From Candidatus Woesearchaeota archaeon (lineage in GTDB: Archaea > Nanobdellota > Nanobdellia > Pacearchaeales > GW2011-AR1): DNA of 64,000 bases. A program made the translations under genes and the position numbers. The stretch spans positions 510,223-574,222 of the forward strand of contig CAZTFL010000001.1 of NCBI GenBank assembly GCA_964612895.1, read 5' to 3'. This document shows positions 16,120-25,753 of this stretch, piece after piece; the stretch's first letter is position 1, and every line of letters starts with the position of its first letter. Under the pieces are notes generated by a model. That model searched no databases, was not told the origin of the DNA, and saw only the letters and a list, made by a program, of their open reading frames with translations.

Positions 16120-16935
16120 ATGGTTACTCAAAAAAGAGGAGAGATGAGTATGGCTACTCTTGTCGGAATAATAATAGCTGTCGTCGTTTTGGTAGTAGTT
16201 ATCTATGGATTTACATCTGGTTGGAATAATATTTGGGGAAAAATTACAAATATTGGAAATGTAGGTGAAGACAATACAGGGGAAATGAAAGTCGCTTGTC
16301 AAAATCTTTGTACTGCAAATGATAATAATTTTTGTACATCTAAAAAGACTTTGATATCGAAAGGAACTTATCCAGATGGTGATAAAGAAATAACATATAC
16401 TGCTAGTGGTAAATTTAGTTGTAATGAAATGTCTGATACTACTATTTATGTTATTAAGCGTAAAGATGGTAGTTATTATTTATCTTCAGAAATTTCTCCA
16501 ATTGGAAGTCAGGGTATCGGAACTTCAAAAGTAAAAGAATTAAAAATTGAAATAGATGATTGTCAAAATGTTAATTGTAAAGAAGTAGAAGCGGATTTAG
16601 TTGTATCTGTTACAGATAGTCTTTTTTCTTTAAAAGATAAAGATTTGTCATATAATGGAAAAGTTACTGGAGTTTATGGAAAGCAAAAAGTAGGAGGAGT
16701 TAATAATATTAATGATTATGAAATATATTATTTGGGAGTTTCTTCAGGTTATAAAGAAGAAAAAATAGGATTTTTTAATGGTAATGGAGTTATTACTGTT
16801 TCTGAAGGGTTTTCTGAATATAGGTTGTCGAATGTTCCAAGTAGTATTAGTACTTTTGGTTCTTTAGCAAAAGAATATAAATTAGAATTTGACAGTAATG
16901 GAAAAGCTACTGGTGGTATTGTTAAAATACAATAG
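16120..16935 (+). CDS. Type IV pilin-like protein, 6-Cys family with an extra C-terminal domain of about 115 aa
   Basis: QKRGEMSMATLVGIIIAVVVLVVVIYGFTSGWNNIWGKITNIGNVGEDN; the 5' 160 nt are nearly identical to 15582-15741. Confidence 0.7.
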   Translation: MVTQKRGEMSMATLVGIIIAVVVLVVVIYGFTSGWNNIWGKITNIGNVGEDNTGEMKVACQNLCTANDNNFCTSKKTLISKGTYPDGDKEITYTASGKFSCNEMSDTTIYVIKRKDGSYYLSSEISPIGSQGIGTSKVKELKIEIDDCQNVNCKEVEADLVVSVTDSLFSLKDKDLSYNGKVTGVYGKQKVGGVNNINDYEIYYLGVSSGYKEEKIGFFNGNGVITVSEGFSEYRLSNVPSSISTFGSLAKEYKLEFDSNGKATGGIVKIQ

Positions 16936-16986
16936 AAGTTTTTTTAATCATCAAGTTTTTATAATGTATTTTTCTTATTTATTTAT

Positions 16987-17068
16987 GAGGGAATGCCGGA
17001 GCGGTCAAACGGGCTAGGCTTAGGACCTAGTGGTTTTTCCTACGGGGGTTCGAATCCTCCTTCCCTCA
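16987..17068 (+). tRNA. tRNA-Leu (anticodon UAG), class II with long variable arm
   Basis: Hand fold: acceptor GAGGGAA/TTCCCTC, anticodon stem CTAGG/CCTAG with loop CTTAGGA, T arm GGGGG-TTCGAAT-CCTCC, 13-nt variable arm. It is a GC-rich island in AT-rich DNA. Confidence 0.85.
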
Positions 17069-17132
17069 TTTAAATGTTAAATATTCGGTGTGTTTCACAA
17101 TATTTATATATAAGTAAATTCTTTGTTTGATT

Positions 17133-19007
17133 ATGTATGATTTGAAAAGGGGTAGTTTGAAAAGGGGGCAGGTTACTTTATTTATTATATTGGCTATTAT
17201 TATCGTTGGTGGTTTTTCTGTTTTTTTAATTTTTAAAGAAAATATATTTCCAACAAATATTCCAACGAATTTTCAGGCACCTTATGCGTCTTATTTAAGT
17301 TGTCTGGAGTCTATAACAAGAGAAGGAATTTTATTAATAGGTGATAATGGTGGTTATATTGAAAAACCTGATTTCGTTGCAGGTTCTGTATATACACCTT
17401 TTTCATCTCAATTAGATTTTTTTGGGAATGGAATTCCTTATTGGTTGTATCTTTCTAATAATGGTTCTTTTATTGAACAGGTCCCAGAAAAAAACAAGAT
17501 GGAAATTCAATTAGAGAAATATATTAAAGATAGAATGGAATATTGTTCTTTTGATTCTTTTAAAGAGGGTGGTTATGATATTTTTGTAGAAAATGGAGAG
17601 GTTTTTGTTAAGATAGATAAAGAAAATGTTTTTGTAGAAGTTCAAAATAATTTAAACATGTATTATGATGAAAAATTTTATTCTGTAAATAAACATATTT
17701 TTGAAGTGAATTCTAAATTAGGTAAATTTTATGATATAGCTAAAAAAGTATATGATTATGAGAAGACAAATATGTTTTTAGAAAAATATACAATAGATGT
17801 TTTATGGAATTATGCACCGGTTGAGGAAGTTAATTTAGAATGTAATAATTTAAAATTTTCTGATAGTGAAATAAGGAAAGGTTTATACGAAGGATTAGAG
17901 GCAAATATGAACTTAATAAAATTAAAAGGTAATTATTATGATGATTCTTTAGATGAATTTAATGGATATTATATAGCTGATATTGGGGAAAAGATTGATG
18001 AAAATATTAATGTTATGTATAATCCTGATTGGGTTAGTAGAATTGAATTTTATGGAGATAGAAATATCAATCCACTTAGTGGAGTTTTAAATCTATTTAG
18101 TTTTTGTTTTTCGTCTGTTCATTTTGTTTATGATATACAGTATCCTGTTTTAATTCAGGTATGGGATGAGGATTTAATTTTTCAATTTCCAATTAGTGTT
18201 GTTATAGAAAAAAATAATCCAAGAGAACCAATTAATTCTAAAATAGAAGAAAAAGTTATTATTAGTAAAAAAAATGCATGTAACTATATGGATTCTAAAA
18301 TTAATGTTAGAACATATGATTCTGAATTTAATTCAATACCTGCCAATTTAACGTTTAAATGTATTGACTCAGAATGTAATTTAGGAAATAGTATTTATAC
18401 TGATAGTGGATTATATTCATACTCTGGAAATATTCCAAGATGCGTAAATGGTATTTTGACTGCTAGTTCTAAGGGATATTCGGACTCTAATTTTATTATT
18501 TCAACTACAAGTTTAGAAAAAGAGGTAGATATAATTCTTTATAGAGAATATGATTTAGATATTGATGTTCTCGGAATTTCTTCGGAAGATAATGTTTTGT
18601 TGAATTTTTATGGAGATAGTGGTTATTCTACAAGTGTTTTTTATCCAGAACTTAAGAGCGTTAAGCTAAAAGAGGACAATTATATAATAAATTCATATAT
18701 CTATTCTAAAAATAAAGTTTCAATTACAGAATCATCTCAAGAGTACTGTACAGATGCCGGTGTTTTACATGATATTTTTGGTATAAATTCTAAAAAATGT
18801 GATAAATTTATGACTCCATCCTTTGAAATTGAAAGACCTATTATTGGTGGAGGTTATATAAATCAATATTTTACAGATGAAATGCTAAGAAACTCAAAAA
18901 CTTTGCATATTTCTCCTACAATTTTAGGTATTCCAAATTCATTAGAATCATTACAGAATAATTATATAAATGTGGAATCATCTAGGATGAGTATTGATTT
19001 AATTTAA
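17133..19007 (+). CDS. Large secreted or pilin-like protein with a class III-type signal (KRG-QVTLF)
   Basis: MYDLKRGSLKRGQVTLFIILAIIIVGGFSVF, then about 590 aa with no recognised domain. ATG 17133 is preferred over TTG 17127. Confidence 0.5.
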   Translation: MYDLKRGSLKRGQVTLFIILAIIIVGGFSVFLIFKENIFPTNIPTNFQAPYASYLSCLESITREGILLIGDNGGYIEKPDFVAGSVYTPFSSQLDFFGNGIPYWLYLSNNGSFIEQVPEKNKMEIQLEKYIKDRMEYCSFDSFKEGGYDIFVENGEVFVKIDKENVFVEVQNNLNMYYDEKFYSVNKHIFEVNSKLGKFYDIAKKVYDYEKTNMFLEKYTIDVLWNYAPVEEVNLECNNLKFSDSEIRKGLYEGLEANMNLIKLKGNYYDDSLDEFNGYYIADIGEKIDENINVMYNPDWVSRIEFYGDRNINPLSGVLNLFSFCFSSVHFVYDIQYPVLIQVWDEDLIFQFPISVVIEKNNPREPINSKIEEKVIISKKNACNYMDSKINVRTYDSEFNSIPANLTFKCIDSECNLGNSIYTDSGLYSYSGNIPRCVNGILTASSKGYSDSNFIISTTSLEKEVDIILYREYDLDIDVLGISSEDNVLLNFYGDSGYSTSVFYPELKSVKLKEDNYIINSYIYSKNKVSITESSQEYCTDAGVLHDIFGINSKKCDKFMTPSFEIERPIIGGGYINQYFTDEMLRNSKTLHISPTILGIPNSLESLQNNYINVESSRMSIDLI

Positions 19008-19008
19008 A

Positions 19009-22000
19009 ATGGTAAAAAAGGATAGTAATTTTAATTTTTTTGTAAGTATATTTTTAATATTTATCTTGATGTTAAGTTTTTTTTCTCCTTTTGTTGTTGC
19101 TGGACTATCAGATTCTTTTCAAAATCCAACTAATTCGTATCAATATTCTGAACCGACACAAAAAAGTTCTTTACAAAATAATATTAGTTCATCTAATAAT
19201 TTAGTTGAAGAATGTAATAGTAATATAGATGCTGATTTTAAAATTATAGTTACAGAATGTTCTCCATCTGTTGTAACTAGTAATTTATTAGCAGAACAAG
19301 ATGTCCCTGTTTATTGTCAATTAGAAGCAATAAGATTAAATTCTTTAATTCAGGCATCTTCTATTTCTTCAATTACTTTTGATGGTGAATATCCAAAAGG
19401 TGTAAAAAGTATTAGTTATCATCCAGCAAGGGCTTCTATTAATTCTGGAAAATCTATTTTATTAGATGATGTTTTTGAAAATATTGGATATGTTGTTGTC
19501 GTTTTAAATAAACAACCTAATGAAGATAATTTGACTAAATATATTTCAAGTATGCTTACTGCTAAGATGAGATATACATTCTCAAATGGATATGATATAT
19601 CCGAATCTGTTTTATATTTAGATTTAGATAATAAAGATGGCGTTAAAGAATCTTTATTTAGTGGAGCTGGAAATATTTATGTAAAAGATTATGGTAGTGA
19701 TACGGTTAGTTTTAATGTAGATCTCTTGACCTTTGAAAATTTTGAAAATTTTCAACTTTCAAAAGGAGAAACAAGTCCTGTTTATTATCTTCCAGGTTAT
19801 GATTGTAAGGCTGGATTTAGTGTTAGTTTTAACGATATTGTTATGTCTAAAGATAGAGTTCTTTTGAGCGTTGATGATAAATCTTATTGGTTAAGAGAAG
19901 GAGATAGTTTTTTGAATGGAAAGTGTGTAGTAAAAGATATTTCTAAAACAGCAGACTCTGAAAATCGAGGAATTTTTGGAAGTGTTAATGTATTATGTTC
20001 AAATACTAATTTTAATTTAGAGTTAAAAAAATTGGGAAAGACAGAGTCAAAAGAAGAACCAATAGATAGTAATATAGATAGTCAATTTTCGAGTTTGAGA
20101 AATAATATAATTGATAATTTGAATTATTTGACAGGTAATTATCCTTATGAAAAAATAGAGAAAGATTTGAAGTCAGAAGGATTCGAATATTATGCAGAGA
20201 AGGCTTTGTATGAGGGAATTATTTTGTCTGGAGAATTAGGGCAATATGCAACACAGAAAGATTTAGTAAAAATTTTTTTAGAAAAATATAAAGATTCTAA
20301 TTATTTTAATAAAGTTAACCAAATGCTTGAAAAAGCAGAAGTTATTGATTATAGTAGTTCATCAAAAATTGTAGAATGGATTAGTGGTGAAAAGAATTTA
20401 ATTTCATTAAAAGAATTTAAATTTTTAAAAAATGAAATATCGGTGGACGTTTCTGTAGATAAAAAAGCATATACAACATTAAAAGAAGGAGATTCTGTTA
20501 AAGAAGAGTTTCCCGTAAAAATATTAGAAATATATTCAGATAATGTTGTATTTTTATTTGGAAATGAAAGGGTAATTATGAAAAAAGGAGAGAGTCATTA
20601 TTTTAAAGATTCTAGTAATTTAGACCATTATCTTAATTTAGATAAAATAAATTATCTTAGTACGGCTAAAATTACTATAAATCCAAAAATTGGTAATGGA
20701 TATACTTCTGCAAATTTTAGTTTCAATATTCCTATTGAGAAAAGAACATTTTCATTAACACCTGAACAAGCTGCGAAAAAAGCAAAATCTATGGATGATT
20801 TTTTAAGAATTACTCAAGGAATTCTTGATGCAATAGAAGTAGCTGTTCGTGGATGGAATTTAGCTTGTAAAACAGTAAGAACTTATATGACAATAAAAAT
20901 GATTAGCGAGTCTTTTGGTGTTAAGGGAATTGCAAGAAGATCTGTTACTGGATTTGTAAAACAATTTTGTAGAGACAATGTTAGCTCTCAAGGAACAGGT
21001 TCTTATGAAAGCATAGATGAATGTCTTTTGGGAGAGAGTGATAGAATAGAGCAGGCAGTAAAAAATTATAAAGAAGCAATAGATGCTGCTCAAGAAGAAT
21101 TTAATAAGAAAAAAGCAGAGATGAAGAAAACAAATAGAGAAATAAAAGATGATAAAATTATTGATAAAATAAGAATAGGTGAAGTAAAAAATAAGATTGA
21201 TGGGAAAGAAGTATCCAGAACTATATCAGATTCTCAATTAGAAAAGTTATCTGTTTATAATAAATTAATAGAAAATGATAAATCATGCGAAGGTTTTGCC
21301 TGTAAAGCTGTTTTGAAAGAAATAAAAAGTGATGAAAGTTATTTTGCTACAGCTACAAATAATGTTGTTCAAGAGCCAGAAAAAGGAAGTACGGAATCAA
21401 GTCAGACGACGACAGAGAAGTGTTCCAATGCCATTACTCAAAATAAAGAGGTTCGTTATTATGAAGATGGTGTAAATAAGGGACTTGCTGCTATTGTTCC
21501 GTTTAATACAACGGGTGGTTGGTATGCTTATGTTTCTTCTTCTTATGGAGCAATTTTCCAGGAACAAGCTAAATCATATAATTCTAATGGACAACCAAAT
21601 AATTTTTATATATGTAATGTAGGTAATGATGGAGCGGTGGATGAAATAAGTGAAGATGTTTGTCAGTCTTTTAGTATAAATCAAAATAGTTTTGATAATT
21701 TTATTGGTTGTTCAGGTTTATCTAGTACTGATGTTAAAAATCTTTATAATAGTGCTTTGACGGCAATTAGTAGTGCGAATAAACAGTACGGTTCTGATAG
21801 TATAAATATTTTAGGACAAGTATTAAGTGTTGGTGAGAATATGCTTAATGTTTTAAATTTTGAGTGTATTGATTTTTTGAGTCCAAAAGATTGTAAGATT
21901 ATACAGGGAGTTTGTGATTGGGTAGAGTGTCCTTCAAGTAGGTGTAATGCAGGTGGAAAAATAAATGTTCCAGATGTTACACAGACGGGTGTTTTCGGAA

Positions 22001-24630
22001 GTATTGCATTATGTCTTCCTGGATTTGTTTGTCTTCCTGGTATTTATGCGGGATTAGATAGCATAGTATCTATGATTAAAGAATATCAAGATTGTTTAAA
22101 CACAAGAGCTACTACTGGGGAATATGTAGGTAGTTGTGACAGAATTAGAAGCTTTTATATCTGTGAATTTGTTACAAAACAAGTCATATCATTTGTTAAG
22201 GGAGGAATAACTTCTTTATTTAGTGGGACTGTTTCTAATTTGATAGGTGGCGGTGGAGAGTATTTAAGCTTTAAATCTGAAAATAGAGAGTTAAAAGCAA
22301 TTGCTGGAACATTTATAGCACAATTTATTTCAAATTCTGCAAATAATTTGTTTAGTATAAACCTTGATAATTTTAGTGGTAGCATTTGTCATGGTTATAT
22401 TGGTGAAATTACTACAGATTCTTCATCTTCTAATAGTGGCTTTAGTATAGATAGTTTATTGAATAGTGTTTGGGAAAGTACCTCTTTAGAAACTGGTTAT
22501 CAGATATTTTCAACTGTTAGTGAAAAATCTTATACTGATTCAACAGTTCCTCCAATTTCTCAATATAATGTTTTCTATAATATTTATGTTGGTAGCAAAG
22601 ATGTTTCTTACAATATTTATTTATCGGAACCTCCAAGCATTTCGTCTTATTCTTCTTACGGTACACATTCTGTTGGTCGTGGAAGTATTAAAGCAGGTGA
22701 ATCAAAAAGTGAATCTTTAGATTTTACAGCACCTAGTGGTTATAAAAAATTATGTATAGTTGTAAATGGTGAAATTAATTGTGATTTTGGAATTACAAGT
22801 ACTAATTATGGTATTAACACTATTATTGATTCTTTTGTTAAAGAAGAACTTACATCTAATATAAAAACAGAACGGGAATGTCTATCAGCTTCTTCTGGCA
22901 TTGTATTAAATACATTACAAGGAGATTCTGTATTAGAAAATGAAGGTATTTCAAATATTGGTATTGATAGAGTTTGTGCAACTTCAAATCCTTCTGTAGA
23001 AACTATCGAAAATACAGCTGATTCAAGATGGTATGATGTTGGATATTGTGGAGATGAGAAGATTAGGTGTTGGTTGGATACGAAAACTTTAGTTAATGTT
23101 TTAAGTACAGTAGATAGTGAAGAATTAAAAAATATTGCTGTTAGTAAAAAAACCTTAGGTATTTATGATAATTTTGCTGACGAACTTAAATTATTAAAAA
23201 ATAAAATTTCTGAAGCTGGAAATGATAAAGATAAAATAAATACAACATTATCAGAAATAAATAATTTGAAAGAGATTACTAGTGGAGCAAAGAATTCTCA
23301 AATTGCAGAAATTTATTATTATATATTTAATTTATATTCTCGTCTTTGTAGAATTAGTTATAATGATAAAGCTGATTCTGAAAAAATAGATTCGAGAGGT
23401 TCAGAAAGTTTACAAAATACAAAAAATACAGAGAGTACACCAGGTTCAGATATCTTATTTTCTTTAAAGGAATATGGATCTGATAAACTTGATTTTAATA
23501 TAAGTGGAAATTTTTTATATTATAAAAATAATAAAGATGAATTTCAAAAATTTGCTATATTTTTCCCAGAGACGGGTATTATATATGATTTAAAAAATAA
23601 TAAACAAAATAATAAAATTGGTCAGATCGATATTGCTACTGGAAAAATAAGTATTTCTGAGGAGTATAAAACTCATAAAATAGGTGACTTAACCTACGGT
23701 CTTTTAGAGATTTATAAAATTACAGGTGGAAAAATAAGTCGTCCAGGTTTTTATGGTATTTATTATGATAACAAGTACATAGATTTAGAGTTAGTGGTAG
23801 ACATTAAAATGATATATAATAGTATCGGCACGAAGATAGGTTCTTTAGATTCAAATGACAAAATTATTATAGATGATTCTTATGATAGTGAATTAATTTC
23901 AGGAACAGATTTTAAGTATTCCTATTTGGAGAATTATAAGATAATAGACAATAAATTTTATTATGTAGTAAATTATTTTTTATTAAAAAAAGATGGTGAT
24001 CCTCAAAATACTGAAACAGATTATGTTTATTTTAATGATGATTCAATTTACGCAAATATGTATATTAAGCAAAAGGAAATTTATAATTCAAATGCAAAAA
24101 GAATTGGTTCTTTAGATTCAAATGGAAAAATTATCATAGATGATTTTTATAATGATGCATTAATTTCAGGAACAAATTTTAAATATTCGGAGTTGGAAAA
24201 ATATGAAATAGATAAATATAATTTTCTCTATAAAGGAGATACTTTCTCTATAAAGATAGATGATTCTGATGCATATTATATTTATTTGAATAATGAATAT
24301 GTTAATTTGTATATTTTGAATAATGAAGTATATGATTTTTATAATAAAAAAATAGGTGGTATAAATTCAAATGGAGTTATTTTAATAAACTCAGAATATG
24401 AAAAAACAAAAATAGTAAATACACAATTGGAATATAATATTTTAGAAAAATATAGAGTTGTTAATGGTGTTTTGTCTAAAGATGTTGATGATATAGAATC
24501 AGGTTGTTTAAGAAGTGGAAATATTTGGTTAGTTGATGAAGGAAAATGTGTTAATATCTGTGATTCTGATTCTGATTGTGCTAATGAATATGCTTGTAAT
24601 AGAATTTCTGGTAAATGCGAATTAAAATAA
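19009..24630 (+). CDS. Giant (1873 aa) secreted surface protein, putative adhesin
   Basis: N-terminal signal or TM (FFVSIFLIFILMLSFFSPFVVAG), Cys-rich central block, four C-terminal repeats of about 85 aa, Cys-knot-like tail. The start abuts the upstream stop. Confidence 0.6.
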   Translation: MVKKDSNFNFFVSIFLIFILMLSFFSPFVVAGLSDSFQNPTNSYQYSEPTQKSSLQNNISSSNNLVEECNSNIDADFKIIVTECSPSVVTSNLLAEQDVPVYCQLEAIRLNSLIQASSISSITFDGEYPKGVKSISYHPARASINSGKSILLDDVFENIGYVVVVLNKQPNEDNLTKYISSMLTAKMRYTFSNGYDISESVLYLDLDNKDGVKESLFSGAGNIYVKDYGSDTVSFNVDLLTFENFENFQLSKGETSPVYYLPGYDCKAGFSVSFNDIVMSKDRVLLSVDDKSYWLREGDSFLNGKCVVKDISKTADSENRGIFGSVNVLCSNTNFNLELKKLGKTESKEEPIDSNIDSQFSSLRNNIIDNLNYLTGNYPYEKIEKDLKSEGFEYYAEKALYEGIILSGELGQYATQKDLVKIFLEKYKDSNYFNKVNQMLEKAEVIDYSSSSKIVEWISGEKNLISLKEFKFLKNEISVDVSVDKKAYTTLKEGDSVKEEFPVKILEIYSDNVVFLFGNERVIMKKGESHYFKDSSNLDHYLNLDKINYLSTAKITINPKIGNGYTSANFSFNIPIEKRTFSLTPEQAAKKAKSMDDFLRITQGILDAIEVAVRGWNLACKTVRTYMTIKMISESFGVKGIARRSVTGFVKQFCRDNVSSQGTGSYESIDECLLGESDRIEQAVKNYKEAIDAAQEEFNKKKAEMKKTNREIKDDKIIDKIRIGEVKNKIDGKEVSRTISDSQLEKLSVYNKLIENDKSCEGFACKAVLKEIKSDESYFATATNNVVQEPEKGSTESSQTTTEKCSNAITQNKEVRYYEDGVNKGLAAIVPFNTTGGWYAYVSSSYGAIFQEQAKSYNSNGQPNNFYICNVGNDGAVDEISEDVCQSFSINQNSFDNFIGCSGLSSTDVKNLYNSALTAISSANKQYGSDSINILGQVLSVGENMLNVLNFECIDFLSPKDCKIIQGVCDWVECPSSRCNAGGKINVPDVTQTGVFGSIALCLPGFVCLPGIYAGLDSIVSMIKEYQDCLNTRATTGEYVGSCDRIRSFYICEFVTKQVISFVKGGITSLFSGTVSNLIGGGGEYLSFKSENRELKAIAGTFIAQFISNSANNLFSINLDNFSGSICHGYIGEITTDSSSSNSGFSIDSLLNSVWESTSLETGYQIFSTVSEKSYTDSTVPPISQYNVFYNIYVGSKDVSYNIYLSEPPSISSYSSYGTHSVGRGSIKAGESKSESLDFTAPSGYKKLCIVVNGEINCDFGITSTNYGINTIIDSFVKEELTSNIKTERECLSASSGIVLNTLQGDSVLENEGISNIGIDRVCATSNPSVETIENTADSRWYDVGYCGDEKIRCWLDTKTLVNVLSTVDSEELKNIAVSKKTLGIYDNFADELKLLKNKISEAGNDKDKINTTLSEINNLKEITSGAKNSQIAEIYYYIFNLYSRLCRISYNDKADSEKIDSRGSESLQNTKNTESTPGSDILFSLKEYGSDKLDFNISGNFLYYKNNKDEFQKFAIFFPETGIIYDLKNNKQNNKIGQIDIATGKISISEEYKTHKIGDLTYGLLEIYKITGGKISRPGFYGIYYDNKYIDLELVVDIKMIYNSIGTKIGSLDSNDKIIIDDSYDSELISGTDFKYSYLENYKIIDNKFYYVVNYFLLKKDGDPQNTETDYVYFNDDSIYANMYIKQKEIYNSNAKRIGSLDSNGKIIIDDFYNDALISGTNFKYSELEKYEIDKYNFLYKGDTFSIKIDDSDAYYIYLNNEYVNLYILNNEVYDFYNKKIGGINSNGVILINSEYEKTKIVNTQLEYNILEKYRVVNGVLSKDVDDIESGCLRSGNIWLVDEGKCVNICDSDSDCANEYACNRISGKCELK
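23580..24480 (+). repeat. Four tandem protein-level repeats of about 85 aa inside the giant ORF
   Basis: Units contain IY(N/D)xxxxKIGxLDSNGKIIIDDxYxxxLISGTxFKYSxLEKYxI, e.g. IYNSIGTKIGSLDSNDKIIIDDSYDSELISGTDFKYSYLENYKI and IYNSNAKRIGSLDSNGKIIIDDFYNDALISGTNFKYSELEKYEI. Confidence 0.7.
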
Positions 24631-24657
24631 TAGGTCTTTGAATAGAACTTTAACTAA

Positions 24658-25629
24658 TTATTCTTCTTCATTCTTTTCTTCAAGGGCTTCTTCTTTTAGT
24701 AATCTTTTTTTCTTTCTAGCTTCATTTTCCTTTATTTTTATTTTTTCTTCAAGTTGCAATTTGTCTAATAATTCCTTGTATCTATTTCTGATTGTGACTT
24801 CTGTTATTCCTGCAACGTCTGCAACTTCTCTTTGTGTCTTTTTTTCGTCGTTTAATAGGGCAGACACATAAAGTGCAGCTGCTGCTATTCCTGCAGGACC
24901 TCTTCCCGATGTTAATTCTGCAACTTCAGTTTTATTAAGTATTTTTAATGCTTCATTTTGTGATTTTGGAGAGAGATGTAATGTTGAACCAAATCTTGAA
25001 ATATAATCCTTAGGAGATGATGGTATTAATTTTAATCCAATTTTTCTAATAATAAATCTGTATGTTCGCCCTATTTCTTTTCGTTCTACTTCACTAGCGT
25101 TAGAAATTTCATCTAATGTTCTTGGTATATTATAAGATCTACATGCTGCATAAATGCATGCTGCGATAACAGATTCCATACTTCTTCCTCTAACAAGTCC
25201 TCTTTGTAAAACAAAGTTATAAATTCTTGCAGCTTCATCTTTTACCACAGACGGTAAATCTAAAAAAGAAGCAACTCTTCTTAATTCAGACATAGCGAGA
25301 CGTAAATTTCTTTCAATAGATGTAGATACTCTTTCTTGCCATTTTTTTAATCTTAAATATTTTCTTGTTTGTTGTGTAGAATCTAGTCTATATATGTCAG
25401 AAATTTCACCTATATTAGTTGTTAATCCTTTGTCAAATTTTTGTATAGACATTGGAGCGCCACCTCTAGATTTCTTTTCTGATTTATCAAAAGCTCTTAA
25501 TTCATGGCTTGTATCAACCATTGCTTCTTCTACAAGTAATCCGCAATCACCACAAATTAATTCACCTTTAGCATCATCATATATAAGATTTGTACTATTA
25601 CATTCTGGACAACGTTTAGGAGAGGACAT
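24658..25629 (-). CDS. tfb: Transcription initiation factor TFB (TFIIB homolog)
   Basis: N-terminal Zn ribbon CPECNSTNLIYDDAKGELICGDCG, two cyclin repeats, HTH-like REVADVAGITEVTIRNRYKEL, and a K/E-rich C-terminal tail. Confidence 0.9.
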   Translation of the reverse strand: MSSPKRCPECNSTNLIYDDAKGELICGDCGLLVEEAMVDTSHELRAFDKSEKKSRGGAPMSIQKFDKGLTTNIGEISDIYRLDSTQQTRKYLRLKKWQERVSTSIERNLRLAMSELRRVASFLDLPSVVKDEAARIYNFVLQRGLVRGRSMESVIAACIYAACRSYNIPRTLDEISNASEVERKEIGRTYRFIIRKIGLKLIPSSPKDYISRFGSTLHLSPKSQNEALKILNKTEVAELTSGRGPAGIAAAALYVSALLNDEKKTQREVADVAGITEVTIRNRYKELLDKLQLEEKIKIKENEARKKKRLLKEEALEEKNEEE

Positions 25630-25743
25630 AGTAAAATTTAAAAAGGAATTCTATTTAAAAACCTTTTGTTTTTATAAATTTTATATAAATTTCAATTTAT
25701 TTTTTTGTAAACATTTATTAAATGTATTTTCTTTTTTTTTATA

Positions 25744-25750
25744 GAGGTGA
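25744..25750 (+). promoter_or_regulatory. Shine-Dalgarno-like site GAGGTGA
   Basis: Located 4 nt upstream of ATG 25754. It is complementary to the canonical archaeal 16S 3' end, and the same motif precedes several surface-protein genes. Confidence 0.5.
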
Positions 25751-25753
25751 TGA

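Noticed and set aside
15335-16302. Track ORFs 15335-15550 (-) and 16006-16302 (-).
   Set aside because: They are antisense to the duplicated pilin promoter and 5' modules. Their mutual similarity only mirrors the plus-strand repeat. The plus-strand pilin reading frames carry clear signal-peptide features.
24638-25744. Track ORFs 24638-24871 (+) and 25394-25744 (+).
   Set aside because: They are antisense to the well-supported TFB gene and consist of low-complexity S/F/L-rich translations.
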